Shown here: positions 21,875 to 34,854 of the stretch, piece after piece
Layout of the letters: each line of letters begins with the position of its first letter
Numbering within the stretch: the first letter of the stretch is position 1
Assembly (NCBI RefSeq): GCF_022846255.1
Contig: NZ_AP025682.1
Origin: Escherichia coli
GTDB lineage: Bacteria; Pseudomonadota; Gammaproteobacteria; Enterobacterales; Enterobacteriaceae
DNA length: 64,000 nt
Strand: one strand, 5' to 3'
Notes under the pieces: model-generated
What the model was told of the DNA's origin: nothing
Seen by the model: the letters and a program-made list of their open reading frames with translations, nothing else
Database searches by the model: none
Made by a program: the position numbers and the translations under genes

Positions 21875-23656
21875 TTATTCATAGTGCATGAAACAGGTTT
21901 CAGTCGGTGCGTCCGCTGCGTTATCGGCGATATCTTCAAATTCCATGACGTTATCCAGTTCACTGCCCATCGAAATATTGGTCACACGCTCGAGAATAAC
22001 TTCCACGACTACCGGTACCCGATATTGCGCCATTAAGACTTTCGCCTGTTCAAAGGCTGGTGCAATATCTTCCGGTTTGAAAACGCGAATTGCTTTACAA
22101 CCTAAACCTTCCGCTACTTTTACGTGGTCGACGCCGTAACCGTTCACTTCGCTGGAGTTGATATTCTCGAAAGCGAGTTGCACGCAGTAGTCCATGTCAA
22201 AGGCGCGTTGTGACTGACGAATCAGGCCGAGATAGGCGTTATTCACCAGCACATGGATGTACGGAATGTTGAACTGCGCGCCAACGGCTAACTCTTCAAT
22301 CAGGAACTGGAAGTCGAAGTCACCGGAAATCGCCACCACATTGCGCTCTGGATCAGCGGCACACACGCCCAGCGCCGCCGGAATGGTCCAGCCCAACGGG
22401 CCTGCCTGCCCACAGTTGATCCAGTGGCGGTCTTTAAAGACATGCAGCATTTGTGCCGCAGCGATTTGTGACAGACCAATGGTGGTGACATAACAAACAT
22501 CGCGACCAAAGGCTTTGTTCATCTCTTCATACACGCGCTGCGGTTTCACCGGCACGTTGTCGAAGTGGGTTTTGCGCAGCAAAGTGCGTTTGCGCTGCTG
22601 GCAGTCGGCGACCCATTCTTTACGACACGGCAGACGACCCGCTTTTTGCATCTCCTGCGCCACTTCAACCAGTAGTGTCAGCGCCGCTTTAGCATCAGAG
22701 ACAATGCCGAGATCCGGACACAGCACGCGGCCAATTTGCGTCGGCTCAATATCGATATGAACGATTTTGCGCCCTTCGGTGTATTTCTCTACCGAACCGG
22801 TATGACGGTTAGCAAAACGGTTACCGATACCAAACACCATGTCGGACGCCAGTAGCGTTGCGTTACCGTAACGATGCGCGGTTTGCAGACCCACCATCCC
22901 GGCCATCAGTTCATGATCGTCGGGAATACAGCCCCAGCCCATCAGCGTTGGGATCACCGGAACGCTGGTCAGTTCAGCAAACTGTTGTAACAGTGCAGCT
23001 GCGTCAGCATTAATTACCCCGCCCCCGGCAACAATCACCGGACGTTCGGCCTGGATTAACATTTCTACAGCTTTTTCGATCTGCATACGGCTGGCAGCAG
23101 GTTTGTAGACCGGCAGCGGTTCGTACATGTCAGGATCAAACTCGATTTCCGCAACCTGAACGTCGAACGGTAAATCCACCAGTACCGGACCCGGACGACC
23201 AGAACGCATCAGGTGAAATGCCTGTTGCAGCACGCGAGGCACCAGCGCCGCTTCACGAACTGTAACCGCCATTTTGCTGACCGGTTTAGCAATTGCTTCA
23301 ATATCAACGGCCTGGAAATCTTCTTTATGCAGACGGGCGCGCGGAGCCTGGCCGGTAATACACAGAATAGGAATGGAATCAGCAGAAGCGGAATAGAGCG
23401 CGGTGATCATGTCCGTGCCCGCAGGACCGGAAGTCCCCAGACATACGCCGATATTCCCTGCCGTTGCGCGGGTATAACCTTCCGCCATGTGCGAAGCACC
23501 TTCCACATGACGCGCCAGAATGTGACGAATACCGCCGTGCTTACGCATCGCTGAGTAGAACGGATTGATTGCAGCTCCCGGAACGCCGAAGGCGGTGGTG
23601 ATACCTTCTTTCTCCAGCACATACATTGCCGCGTCAACGGCTCTCATTTTTGCCAT
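21875..23656 (-). CDS. gcl: Glyoxylate carboligase (tartronate-semialdehyde synthase)
   Basis: [27 protein letters not shown]... ThDP enzyme; ATG at 23654-23656 with gaggtagg RBS (the ORF track is over-extended to 23746). Confidence 0.95.
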   Translation of the reverse strand: MAKMRAVDAAMYVLEKEGITTAFGVPGAAINPFYSAMRKHGGIRHILARHVEGASHMAEGYTRATAGNIGVCLGTSGPAGTDMITALYSASADSIPILCITGQAPRARLHKEDFQAVDIEAIAKPVSKMAVTVREAALVPRVLQQAFHLMRSGRPGPVLVDLPFDVQVAEIEFDPDMYEPLPVYKPAASRMQIEKAVEMLIQAERPVIVAGGGVINADAAALLQQFAELTSVPVIPTLMGWGCIPDDHELMAGMVGLQTAHRYGNATLLASDMVFGIGNRFANRHTGSVEKYTEGRKIVHIDIEPTQIGRVLCPDLGIVSDAKAALTLLVEVAQEMQKAGRLPCRKEWVADCQQRKRTLLRKTHFDNVPVKPQRVYEEMNKAFGRDVCYVTTIGLSQIAAAQMLHVFKDRHWINCGQAGPLGWTIPAALGVCAADPERNVVAISGDFDFQFLIEELAVGAQFNIPYIHVLVNNAYLGLIRQSQRAFDMDYCVQLAFENINSSEVNGYGVDHVKVAEGLGCKAIRVFKPEDIAPAFEQAKVLMAQYRVPVVVEVILERVTNISMGSELDNVMEFEDIADNAADAPTETCFMHYE

Positions 23657-23676
23657 TTTATTCCTACCTCTATTAA

Positions 23677-23693
23677 TTGGAAAAATTTTCCAA
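23677..23693. promoter_or_regulatory. AllR operator in the gcl promoter
   Basis: Palindrome ttggaaaaattttccaa between allR and gcl. Confidence 0.7.
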
Positions 23694-23708
23694 CTTTCAA
23701 ATTTTGTC

Positions 23709-23733
23709 AAAAAAACCCGCTCCGCAGAGCGGG
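23709..23733 (-). terminator. Rho-independent terminator after allR
   Basis: On the minus strand: cccgctc-tgcg-gagcggg followed by a T-run. Confidence 0.6.
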
Positions 23734-23745
23734 ATGCGACAGACA

Positions 23746-24561
23746 CTATGGATGTGCTTTCAGTCCCAACGCCGTGCTGATATCGCGGGCGGTGTCTCTG
23801 ACCAGCTCACCCTGGCTGACAAAACGATCTTCTGTCAGTCTTGATGAAGGCCCGGAGATGGAGATAGCGGCAACAACACTACCTACATCATCGTAAATTG
23901 CTGAAGCTATACAATTCAGGCCGACAACATGCTCTTCTTTATCTACGGTATAGCCCAGTTCACGCGCTTGTTCCAGGTCCTTCAGCAAGGTGGGCATATC
24001 CACAAGCGTCGTTGGCGTAAACTGCTGCAAACCGGTTTGCAGAATGATGCTCATCAACTCTTCTTCCGCCAGCGGATAAAGCAGCGCCTTGCCCGCTCCG
24101 GAAGCATGCAGCGGCAGACGACTGCCCAGCGGCGCACACATTCTGACCATCGATTTACACTCTAACTGACCAATTAATACCGCTTCATTGCCGTTACGGA
24201 TCGCGACATTGACCGTTTCGCCGGAAAGTAACATCAGGCGGCGCATAAACGGCCCGGCGACGGAGAGGACATCGCGGTTATGGATGTACGCTGCACCGAC
24301 GTTAAAGACACCTAATCCTATATGCCACCAGCCTAACTGACTGTCCTGATAGACAAAATCCGCTGCCTGTAAAACCTTCAGCAAGCGAAAGGTCGTGGAG
24401 AGCGGCAAATCCAGATTGAGAGAGATATCGCTAACCGACGAACTTCCCCCACTTTTTTCCAGATATTGCAGAATCGCAATTCCCCGCTCTAACGCCTGTG
24501 CACCCTTCTGTGCCACAGGCTCCGCCTGTCCTGGCCTGCCGCGCCGTCTAACTTCCGTCAT
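23746..24561 (-). CDS. allR: IclR-family repressor of the allantoin regulon
   Basis: 271 aa with N-terminal HTH and IclR effector domain. Confidence 0.95.
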
Positions 24562-24638
24562 ACCTACGTTAACTCCGACCTACAAATGAGCATAAACAAT
24601 GAACAATTCGTTTATCTTATGCAAGTCGGTTGCAGGCG

Positions 24639-25121
24639 TCACGCAAAACAGAGTTCCTGTTCAGGAATACTTTCAACATCACAGTTGTCACTGCCGCCGC
24701 GATCGATGGTCAGAAAATCGGTGACGCGCTGCCAGGCGAAAAGTGGGTGATGCCAGACGTTACGATGGTAATTCACTCCCTGTTCGCCATTGGTAATAAA
24801 CGCCCGCAGGGTTGACAGGTCTGGTTTGTCGTCACCTAACGCCACCACCACCACAAACACTTCACCTTTCATCGGGATAAACGCCTGTGTACCCAGCGGA
24901 TGACGTTCGAGTTCGTGAATAGTCAGCGGCAGATTCGCCGGTTGCGCGCGGTTAATGCTGATAAGCGTACGGTCTTGCTCAAGAATCTCAACCAGCGCCA
25001 AATCGTGGTAACGCTCCACCAGTCCATTGTTAATATGGAAAAAATCCCGTTTCTGCGTTTCGATTACGTCGCCATAAGCACTAAAGGCTTCCTGACTTAA
25101 CGGTAATACCTGAAGTTTCAT
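24639..25121 (-). CDS. allA: Ureidoglycolate lyase
   Basis: 160 aa [21 protein letters not shown]... Confidence 0.95.
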   Translation of the reverse strand: MKLQVLPLSQEAFSAYGDVIETQKRDFFHINNGLVERYHDLALVEILEQDRTLISINRAQPANLPLTIHELERHPLGTQAFIPMKGEVFVVVVALGDDKPDLSTLRAFITNGEQGVNYHRNVWHHPLFAWQRVTDFLTIDRGGSDNCDVESIPEQELCFA

Positions 25122-25226
25122 CTTTTTGTCCTTGTAACATAATTCCGTTCAACCACCGCCGACCGGTCAGCTTGGTTTCAATAACAGGCAATCTAAAACC
25201 TTAAGAGAACAACATCAATACAAAAG

Positions 25227-25243
25227 TTGGAATATTTTTCCAA
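25227..25243. promoter_or_regulatory. AllR operator in the allA-allS divergent region
   Basis: Palindrome ttggaatatttttccaa, nearly identical to the gcl operator. Confidence 0.65.
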
Positions 25244-25350
25244 AACTAGATTTAGTCCACAAATTGAACAGGGTTATCATGTAAAAATACTGATAAATCA
25301 GAGGATAAGAAAATCACGCAACTTGCGGATTTAAAAGGGGATACCTGAAG

Positions 25351-26277
25351 ATGTTCGATCCAGAAACCTTGCGGACTTTCATTGCGGTTGCTGAAACAGG
25401 AAGTTTTTCAAAAGCGGCAGAACGATTATGTAAAACCACGGCGACGATCAGTTATCGCATTAAACTTCTGGAAGAGAATACCGGAGTGGCGCTGTTTTTC
25501 CGCACGACTCGCAGCGTGACGTTGACGGCGGCTGGCGAGCATCTACTTTGTCAGGCCAGAGACTGGCTGAGCTGGCTGGAAAGTATGCCCAGCGAGTTAC
25601 AACAGGTGAATGATGGCGTGGAACGCCAAGTGAATATCGTCATCAACAACCTGCTCTATAACCCCCAGGCCGTTGCCAGGCTGCTGGCGTGGCTAAATGA
25701 ACGTTACCCGTTTACCCAATTTCACATCTCCCGACAAATCTATATGGGCGTCTGGGACTCGCTATTGTACGAAGGTTTTTCACTGGCTATCGGCGTCACG
25801 GGAACCGAGGCGCTGGCAAATACCTTTAGTCTTGATCCCTTAGGATCGGTGCAATGGCGCTTTGTCATGGCGGCGGAGCATCCGCTGGCGAACGTTGAAG
25901 AGCCGCTAACAGAAGCACAGTTGCGGCGCTTTCCGGCGGTCAATATTGAAGACAGCGCCCGCACCTTAACCAAACGCGTCGCCTGGCGATTGCCGGGGCA
26001 AAAAGAGATTATTGTTCCCGATATGGAAACGAAAATCGCCGCCCATCTGGCGGGCGTTGGCATTGGTTTTTTGCCAAAATCACTTTGCCAGTCAATGATC
26101 GATAATCAACAACTGGTCAGCCGGGTAATCCCAACGATGCGCCCTCCTTCGCCATTGAGTCTGGCATGGCGCAAATTTGGCAGCGGCAAAGCGGTAGAAG
26201 ATATTGTGACCTTGTTTACCCAGCGCAGGCCGGAAATCAGCGGATTTTTAGAAATTTTCGGCAACCCACGCAGTTAA
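25351..26277 (+). CDS. allS: LysR-family activator of allDCE
   Basis: 308 aa with LysR HTH at the N-terminus; divergent from allA. Confidence 0.93.
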   Translation: MFDPETLRTFIAVAETGSFSKAAERLCKTTATISYRIKLLEENTGVALFFRTTRSVTLTAAGEHLLCQARDWLSWLESMPSELQQVNDGVERQVNIVINNLLYNPQAVARLLAWLNERYPFTQFHISRQIYMGVWDSLLYEGFSLAIGVTGTEALANTFSLDPLGSVQWRFVMAAEHPLANVEEPLTEAQLRRFPAVNIEDSARTLTKRVAWRLPGQKEIIVPDMETKIAAHLAGVGIGFLPKSLCQSMIDNQQLVSRVIPTMRPPSPLSLAWRKFGSGKAVEDIVTLFTQRRPEISGFLEIFGNPRS

Positions 26278-26330
26278 AAATCAAGTTTCCTTGCGCGTTG
26301 GCGCGTAAAATAGCGCGCAAGCTGATTTGA

Positions 26331-27440
<1,110 letters not shown>

Positions 27441-27466
27441 TGGGGGATTCTGTGCACGCTGTTCAT

Positions 27467-27668
27467 GCCGGATGCGGCGTGAACGCCTTATCCAGCCTAC
27501 AGGTGAGTGCTGTTTCGTAGGCATGATAAGACGCGCCTGCGTCGCATCTGGCATCGGCGCACAACTGCCAGATGCGGCGTAAACGCCTTATCCGGCCTAC
27601 ACAATCTTGCAAAATCAATATATTGCTCGATCCTCGTAGGCCTGATAAGCGAAGCGCATCAGGCAATC
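27467..27668. repeat. REP/BIME cluster
   Basis: Several gccggatgcggcgt(g/a)aacgccttatccggcctac-type palindromic units in alternating orientation. Confidence 0.8.
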
Positions 27669-27680
27669 TAACGCCTGTCA

Positions 27681-30095
27681 TCATCCCGCAAACTGCCTGA
27701 ACAGCGCCTTACCCTTAACCAGTCGCGCACCCAGCCAGCCGCCGCAAAGCGACAGCAGCAGCGCACCGCTGCACGGCAGAACAATCCACAATCGCCAGTC
27801 TGGCTCCCACGGGAAATCAAACACTTTCGATTGCAGTACCGCCAGTGCCGTTTCCGCACCAATTGCGGCCACCAGGCCAGAAACAAACCCGATCATGGCG
27901 AACTCACACCACAATGTCGTGCGCAGTAGTTTTTTCCCCGCACCGAGTGTGCGCCACACCACCAGCTCCTGATGACGCTGACGCATTCCCACCTGCACCT
28001 GTGCCAGCAACAGCAACATACCGCAGGCGGTGACCAGCACCACCATCACTTCCAGCGCCCGACTTACCTGCTCCAGCACCTGACCGACCTGTTTTAAAAT
28101 CGCGCCAATGTCTAACAGGCTAATGGTAGGGAACTGGCGGTTGAGTTGCGTCAACATGCCGTTGCCATTCTCCCAGCGGAAACTGGTAAGCCAGCTCTGC
28201 GGTTGCCCGTCTAATGCCCCTTCCGGGAAAATAAAATAGAAATTAGGCCGCAGACTTTCCCAGTCCACTTTGCGCAGGCTGGTCACTTTAGCGCGGAACT
28301 CCTGGGTATCGCCCATAAAGGTGACTGTATCGCCGAGGCCAACGTTTAAGCGTTTCGCCAGCCCCTCTTCCATCGACACTTCATCGGCTTTTGGCGGCCA
28401 GTTACCGGCGACAATCGGATTATGATCGGGCCGCGTATTTTGCCAGGTAAGATTGAGTTCGCGGTTAAGCGCCTCATCTTCATTGCCTTCTGTCGGCTTG
28501 TCGTTAATCGCCGTCAGTCGCGCCCGCACCACCGGATAAAATGATTCCGGGACTATCTGATGTTCCGCGAGGAACGTTTTTAGCGGCGTAACCTGTTCTG
28601 TGGCGATGTTGATTAAAAAGTAGTTCGGGCTTTCTGGCGGTAGCTGCTGTTGCCAGCGGTCGAGCAGATCGCCACGCAATACCAGCAACAGCGCCAGCAG
28701 CATAAAGGAGAGCGAAAATGCCGAAAGCTGGCTTAACGTTGACCACGGCTGACGTAACAGGCGGCTAACCGCCAGGCGCAGAGGTAGCGATTTCAGCGTC
28801 ATGCGGCGAAGTACATTCAGCAGCATCCAGCCCAGCACACCGCACAGCAAAGCCAGTACTACCGCGCCCGCCAGCACCGCCCAGAGCAGCATACTGCCGC
28901 CCATTAATCCGGCGAGCAGCAGCACAACCACCACACTGACAATCGGCAGATAAAACTTCAGCGGCCAGACGTTCGCGACCACATCATTACGCAATACGCG
29001 TAAAGGCTGCGTTGCCAGCAACAAGCGGTACGGTCGTAGCCCCACCAGCAGCGAGATGACCGTCATGGTGCCCAGCGCCCACAGCCACGGCCAGAGGCTG
29101 GCTGGCGGTAGTGCAGCAGGCAGAACGGGCTTGAGCAGCACCATCAACACGTTTTCGAACAACAGGCCTATCGCCCCACCGGTAACGGCTGAAAGCGTCA
29201 GCACCATCAACCACTGACCGACGATTAGCTTACGCAGTTGCGCTCGCCCTGCCCCCAGCGTTTTGAGGATCGCCACCAGATCGTAGCGACTGCGACAGTA
29301 ATGATTCATCGCTACCGCCACCGCTGCCACTGCCAGCAGCAAGGTCAGAAGCGCCGAAAGTAGCAGGAACTGTTGCGAACGTTCCATCGAGCGCCCCAGC
29401 GCGCCTTCGTCCTGTTCCAGACCGTACCAGCGTTGTTCGGGTTTAAGCTGGGGTAACAACCATTTCTCATAGCCGTCGAGCTGGTTCTCGTTGCCGCCGA
29501 ATTTATAGCGCCAGGTGACCCGACTTCCCGGCTGCACGGCTCCGGTTTTATCAACATCCGCCAGATTCATCATCAGGCGTGGGGCTATCTGGAAAGGATT
29601 AAAACCGGAATCCGGTTCCTGAATCACTTCTCCGGCAATCCGCAAGGTGGCATCGCCCACGTCAATGGTGTCGCCCGTTTTCAGGTTAAGCAGTGCCATC
29701 AGGCGTGGGGCCAGCAATACGCTGCCCGCCTGTGGTTTCAGGCCAGGGGGATTGGTTTGCAGATCGCCATACATCGGGTAGATATCATCCACCGCTTTGA
29801 CGTTCGCCAGTTGCGGCGTATCGCCCGCAAAAGTCATCGTGGCGAAAGTCAGCTGCTTGCCGACTTTCAGGCCGCGCTTTTGCGCTTCCTCCAGCCATGC
29901 TTGCGGCACTTCGCGCGAACTGCGCAACGCCCGATCGCCCGCCATAAACTCCCGGCTTTGCTGGCTTAAGCCCTTCTCCATGCGATCGCTGATGTTGCCC
30001 AGCGCCAGCACGCAGGCCACCGCCAGGCTTAGCGCCAGCCAGACAATTAACAGCGACGGCGAGCGCCATTCGCGCCAGAACCAACGTGCAATCAT
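27681..30095 (-). CDS. ybbP: ABC transporter permease (FtsX-like, two permease domains)
   Basis: 804 aa polytopic protein; start overlaps the ybbA stop (ATGA). Confidence 0.9.
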   Translation of the reverse strand: MIARWFWREWRSPSLLIVWLALSLAVACVLALGNISDRMEKGLSQQSREFMAGDRALRSSREVPQAWLEEAQKRGLKVGKQLTFATMTFAGDTPQLANVKAVDDIYPMYGDLQTNPPGLKPQAGSVLLAPRLMALLNLKTGDTIDVGDATLRIAGEVIQEPDSGFNPFQIAPRLMMNLADVDKTGAVQPGSRVTWRYKFGGNENQLDGYEKWLLPQLKPEQRWYGLEQDEGALGRSMERSQQFLLLSALLTLLLAVAAVAVAMNHYCRSRYDLVAILKTLGAGRAQLRKLIVGQWLMVLTLSAVTGGAIGLLFENVLMVLLKPVLPAALPPASLWPWLWALGTMTVISLLVGLRPYRLLLATQPLRVLRNDVVANVWPLKFYLPIVSVVVVLLLAGLMGGSMLLWAVLAGAVVLALLCGVLGWMLLNVLRRMTLKSLPLRLAVSRLLRQPWSTLSQLSAFSLSFMLLALLLVLRGDLLDRWQQQLPPESPNYFLINIATEQVTPLKTFLAEHQIVPESFYPVVRARLTAINDKPTEGNEDEALNRELNLTWQNTRPDHNPIVAGNWPPKADEVSMEEGLAKRLNVGLGDTVTFMGDTQEFRAKVTSLRKVDWESLRPNFYFIFPEGALDGQPQSWLTSFRWENGNGMLTQLNRQFPTISLLDIGAILKQVGQVLEQVSRALEVMVVLVTACGMLLLLAQVQVGMRQRHQELVVWRTLGAGKKLLRTTLWCEFAMIGFVSGLVAAIGAETALAVLQSKVFDFPWEPDWRLWIVLPCSGALLLSLCGGWLGARLVKGKALFRQFAG

Positions 30096-30778
30096 GCTTC
30101 CTCCTGCAACTGCCCGTTCACCAGCCGTAAGCAGCGGTCACAGCGTGCCGCCAGTTGCAGGTCGTGGGTCACCATAATCAACGTGGTGCCATGTTCACGG
30201 TTGAGGGAAAACAGCAGGTCGGCAATTTTATCGCCCGTCTGGCGGTCAAGGTTGCCGGTGGGTTCGTCGGCAAACAGCACATCAGGCCGACCGTTAAAGG
30301 CACGCGCCAGCGCCACTCGTTGCTGTTCGCCGCCGGAAAGCTGTGCCGGAAGATGATCAAGACGTTTACCCAGCCCTAACTGTTCGAGCAACGCTTTCGC
30401 CCCGTTACGACTTTCTGCGCTACTCTCACCACGCAGCAGCGCCGGAAGCTCGACGTTTTCCAGCGCGTTAAGGGTAGGAATTAACATAAATGACTGAAAA
30501 ACAAAGCCTACGTGCTTCGCGCGCAACTTTGCCCGCGCTTCTTCGTCCATATTATGTAGCGGTTGTCCCACCAGATTTACTTCGCCACTGCTGCCGTCAT
30601 CCAGTCCGGCGAGGATCGCCAGCAACGTTGACTTACCCGATCCCGACTCGCCCACCAGCGCGATGGTCTCGCCACGTTTGACAACCAGCTCAACTCCGGT
30701 GAGGATGGAGAGTTCATGCTCCCCCTGACCGACGGACTTCTTAAGATGATGAACTTCAACAATGTTTTCCGCTGGCAT
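30092..30778 (-). CDS. ybbA: ABC transporter ATP-binding protein
   Basis: 228 aa with Walker A GESGSGKST, signature LSGGEQQR and Walker B. Confidence 0.92.
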   Translation of the reverse strand: MPAENIVEVHHLKKSVGQGEHELSILTGVELVVKRGETIALVGESGSGKSTLLAILAGLDDGSSGEVNLVGQPLHNMDEEARAKLRAKHVGFVFQSFMLIPTLNALENVELPALLRGESSAESRNGAKALLEQLGLGKRLDHLPAQLSGGEQQRVALARAFNGRPDVLFADEPTGNLDRQTGDKIADLLFSLNREHGTTLIMVTHDLQLAARCDRCLRLVNGQLQEEA

Positions 30779-31372
30779 TTGCCCTTCCTGTTCCTGGTCC
30801 TGTTAACCTTCCGTGCCGCCGCAGCGGACACGTTATTGATTCTGGGTGATAGCCTGAGCGCCGGGTATCGAATGTCTGCTAGCGCGGCCTGGCCTGCCTT
30901 GTTGAATGATAAGTGGCAGAGTAAAACGTCGGTAGTCAATGCCAGCATCAGCGGCGACACCTCGCAACAAGGGCTGGCGCGCCTTCCGGCTCTGCTGAAA
31001 CAGCATCAGCCGCGCTGGGTGCTGGTAGAACTGGGCGGCAATGACGGTTTGCGTGGTTTTCAGCCACAACAAACCGAGCAAACGCTGCGCCAGATATTGC
31101 AGGATGTCAAAGCCGCCAACGCTGAACCATTGTTAATGCAAATACGTCTGCCTGCAAACTATGGTCGCCGTTATAATGAAGCCTTTAGCGCCATTTACCC
31201 CAAACTCGCCAAAGAGTTTGATGTTCCGCTGCTGCCCTTTTTTATGGAAGAGGTCTACCTCAAACCACAATGGATGCAGGATGACGGTATTCATCCCAAC
31301 CGCGACGCCCAGCCGTTTATTGCCGACTGGATGGCGAAGCAGTTGCAGCCTTTAGTAAATCATGACTCATAA
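30746..31372 (+). CDS. tesA: Periplasmic thioesterase I / lysophospholipase L1 (SGNH hydrolase)
   Basis: MMNFNNVFRWHLPFLFLVLL signal peptide followed by the GDSLS motif; ATG at 30746. Confidence 0.93.
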   Translation: MMNFNNVFRWHLPFLFLVLLTFRAAAADTLLILGDSLSAGYRMSASAAWPALLNDKWQSKTSVVNASISGDTSQQGLARLPALLKQHQPRWVLVELGGNDGLRGFQPQQTEQTLRQILQDVKAANAEPLLMQIRLPANYGRRYNEAFSAIYPKLAKEFDVPLLPFFMEEVYLKPQWMQDDGIHPNRDAQPFIADWMAKQLQPLVNHDS

Positions 31373-32171
31373 AGCAACGGAGATCCTGACAGGTAAAGTT
31401 ATGCAAAAATCGGTCTTAATTACCGGATGTTCCAGTGGAATTGGCCTGGAAAGCGCGCTCGAATTAAAACGCCAGGGTTTTCATGTGCTGGCAGGTTGCC
31501 GGAAACCGGATGATGTTGAGCGCATGAACAGCATGGGATTTACCGGCGTGTTGATCGATCTGGATTCACCAGAAAGTGTTGATCGCGCAGCCGACGAAGT
31601 GATCGCCCTGACCGATAATTGTCTGTATGGGATCTTTAACAATGCCGGATTCGGCATGTATGGCCCCCTTTCCACCATCAGCCGTGCGCAGATGGAACAG
31701 CAGTTTTCCGCCAACTTTTTCGGCGCACACCAGCTCACCATGCGCCTGTTACCCGCGATGTTGCCGCACGGTGAAGGGCGTATTGTGATGACCTCATCGG
31801 TGATGGGATTAATCTCCACACCGGGTCGTGGCGCTTACGCGGCCAGTAAATATGCGCTGGAGGCGTGGTCAGACGCACTGCGCATGGAGCTGCGCCACAG
31901 CGGAATTAAAGTCAGCCTGATCGAACCTGGTCCCATTCGTACTCGCTTCACCGACAACGTCAACCAGACGCAAAGTGATAAACCAGTCGAAAATCCCGGC
32001 ATCGCTGCCCGCTTTACGTTGGGACCGGAAGCGGTGGTCGACAAAGTGCGCCATGCTTTTATTAGCGAGAAGCCGAAGATGCGCTATCCGGTAACGCTGG
32101 TGACCTGGGCAGTAATGGTGCTTAAGCGCCTGCTGCCGGGGCGCGTGATGGACAAAATATTGCAGGGGTGA
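31362..32171 (+). CDS. ybbO: Short-chain dehydrogenase/reductase YbbO
   Basis: 269 aa with TGCSSGIG cofactor-binding motif and YAASK active site. Confidence 0.9.
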   Translation: MTHKATEILTGKVMQKSVLITGCSSGIGLESALELKRQGFHVLAGCRKPDDVERMNSMGFTGVLIDLDSPESVDRAADEVIALTDNCLYGIFNNAGFGMYGPLSTISRAQMEQQFSANFFGAHQLTMRLLPAMLPHGEGRIVMTSSVMGLISTPGRGAYAASKYALEAWSDALRMELRHSGIKVSLIEPGPIRTRFTDNVNQTQSDKPVENPGIAARFTLGPEAVVDKVRHAFISEKPKMRYPVTLVTWAVMVLKRLLPGRVMDKILQG

Positions 32172-32189
32172 GTTGAAGCGCGCGCTTAA

Positions 32190-33086
<897 letters not shown>

Positions 33087-33113
33087 TTTTCCGTTGAAAT
33101 GCGATGTGCTGGT

Positions 33114-33262
33114 TTGTAGGCCTGATAAGACGCGCCAGCGTCGCATCAGGCATCCGCACATAGCCGCCGGATGCGGCGTGAACGCCTTATCCGGCCTACC
33201 AAACCGTGCTAATTCAATACATTGCAGGTGCCATGTAGGTCTGATTAGACGCATCAGGCATC
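33114..33262. repeat. REP/BIME cluster
   Basis: gtaggcctgataagacgcgccagcgtcgcatcaggc and gccggatgcggcgtgaacgccttatccggcctac units. Confidence 0.8.
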
Positions 33263-33265
33263 GCA

Positions 33266-34045
33266 TTATTTCTTCTTCAATTGCGTCACCACCAACTGGT
33301 GGCGCGAATTATAAAATTTACGATAGGTTAAATAGCAGGCAATAATGGTCGACAGGCTGGCAGTTGAGAGCAGCATAAAGGTCACCATAATCTGATATTT
33401 AATCGCCTTCACCGGATCAATCCCGGCAAATATCAGCCCGGACATCATTCCTGGTAAACTCACTAAGCCAACCGTTTTTGCTGAATCGACCGTCGGAATT
33501 AAAGCCGCGCGAATACTGTCGCGAATCAATATCGCTGAAGCCTGTTTCGGCGTCGCGCCAAGACTCAGTTTCTCCTGAATCTGTTGCTGTTCGCTAATCA
33601 CGCGTTGCCCTAAATTGTTGTAACACAACCCCACCGCTACCATGGCGTTACCGGCTATCATCCCGGCGATAGGGATCACCTGCATCGGGATAAATTCAAT
33701 CGACCCTGAGAGAATCAGCACCGCCAGGGTAATTCCCGCCCCGACCGTAATGGCAATAAACGATGAGATAAAAGCTTTAGCAATATATTTACTGCGTTTT
33801 TGCGCGTTCCACGCCGCATTAAAGCAGATAAATAACACCATCAATAATGTCAGGCTGGCATCATCCACGCTGAAAATATACTTCAGCACATAGCCGACAA
33901 TAATCAGCTGAATTATCGCGCGCCCGACGCTCCAGAGAATATCTTTCTCCAGCGCCAGTTTTTCTTTATGGCTAATTAAGATTGCCACCACCACCAGCAT
34001 TAATGCCAGTGCCAATGATTCGTTAGTAATATTATGCGAGTTCAT
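33266..34045 (-). CDS. fetB: Iron export ABC transporter permease FetB
   Basis: MNSHNITNESLALALMLVVVAIL... polytopic; ATG at 34043-34045. Confidence 0.88.
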   Translation of the reverse strand: MNSHNITNESLALALMLVVVAILISHKEKLALEKDILWSVGRAIIQLIIVGYVLKYIFSVDDASLTLLMVLFICFNAAWNAQKRSKYIAKAFISSFIAITVGAGITLAVLILSGSIEFIPMQVIPIAGMIAGNAMVAVGLCYNNLGQRVISEQQQIQEKLSLGATPKQASAILIRDSIRAALIPTVDSAKTVGLVSLPGMMSGLIFAGIDPVKAIKYQIMVTFMLLSTASLSTIIACYLTYRKFYNSRHQLVVTQLKKK

Positions 34046-34709
34046 AGCGTGCTTCCTGCATTTCTCCGGCATGCGGTTGCAGTGTAATCACTTTATCCGC
34101 ATGATTAATTTCGTCTTTATCGTGTGTCACCCACAGCACGGCAATATTTTGCTCGTGCACATAACGATGGATCATCTCATTAACGTTATGTTTATTACTT
34201 TCATCCAGCGCACTGGTGATTTCATCCAGCAATAAAACCTTCGGCATAAATTGCAGGTTACGAATCAATGAGATGCGTTGTTTTTCACCCCCAGATAGCT
34301 CGGCGATATTTTTCGTCAAAATGGTGTCCGGCAAAGCGAAGCGTTCGAGAAAATCGAGAAAAATGGCTGGGTCAGGCTGCTGGTTACGGATCTGCCAGGG
34401 AAAGATCAGATTATCGTATACCGTATCGCCAAACAGCGTCGGCGTCTGGGCGCAGTAAGAGACTTGCTGGCGGTAGATTTCTGGCTTTAGTGTGCTGACA
34501 TCCTCACCTTCAAACAGTAACGTTCCGCTGGTTGGGCTGATCAATGAAGCAACTATTTTTAGCAGCGTACTTTTGCCACAACCAGAAGGACCGGTAATTA
34601 ACTTAAATTCGCCAGCACGCAGCGAAAAATTGATGTTATTAAGAATCTTCGCATCACCCGCCAGATATCCTACGTTTTGTAGCTGAAGCAAAGGACTATT
34701 TTCCTGCAT
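34032..34709 (-). CDS. fetA: Iron export ABC transporter ATPase FetA
   Basis: Walker A GPSGCGKST and signature LSGGEKQR; overlaps the fetB start. Confidence 0.9.
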   Translation of the reverse strand: MQENSPLLQLQNVGYLAGDAKILNNINFSLRAGEFKLITGPSGCGKSTLLKIVASLISPTSGTLLFEGEDVSTLKPEIYRQQVSYCAQTPTLFGDTVYDNLIFPWQIRNQQPDPAIFLDFLERFALPDTILTKNIAELSGGEKQRISLIRNLQFMPKVLLLDEITSALDESNKHNVNEMIHRYVHEQNIAVLWVTHDKDEINHADKVITLQPHAGEMQEARYELA

Positions 34710-34854
34710 CACTGTTCCCTTTTTCTGATTTTTACTAAAAACAGTTTATCCTTCGCAGGAATAAGGGGGAACTCTCTTTCAGTAATCAGGTATAATTTGT
34801 TTAATCAAGCAGCAATTTTGCTGATTATGGACGGTACAACAGGAGGTTTTTCCG

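Noticed and set aside
23657-23746. N-terminal extension of gcl in the ORF track (start at 23746)
   Set aside because: The extension would run through the AllR operator and the allR terminator; the ATG at 23654-23656 has a proper RBS and matches the known MAKMRAV N-terminus.
27467-27668. Possible CRISPR array (regularly spaced palindromic repeats)
   Set aside because: The units are REP/BIME palindromes in alternating orientation with variable, non-unique spacers, and no cas genes are nearby.
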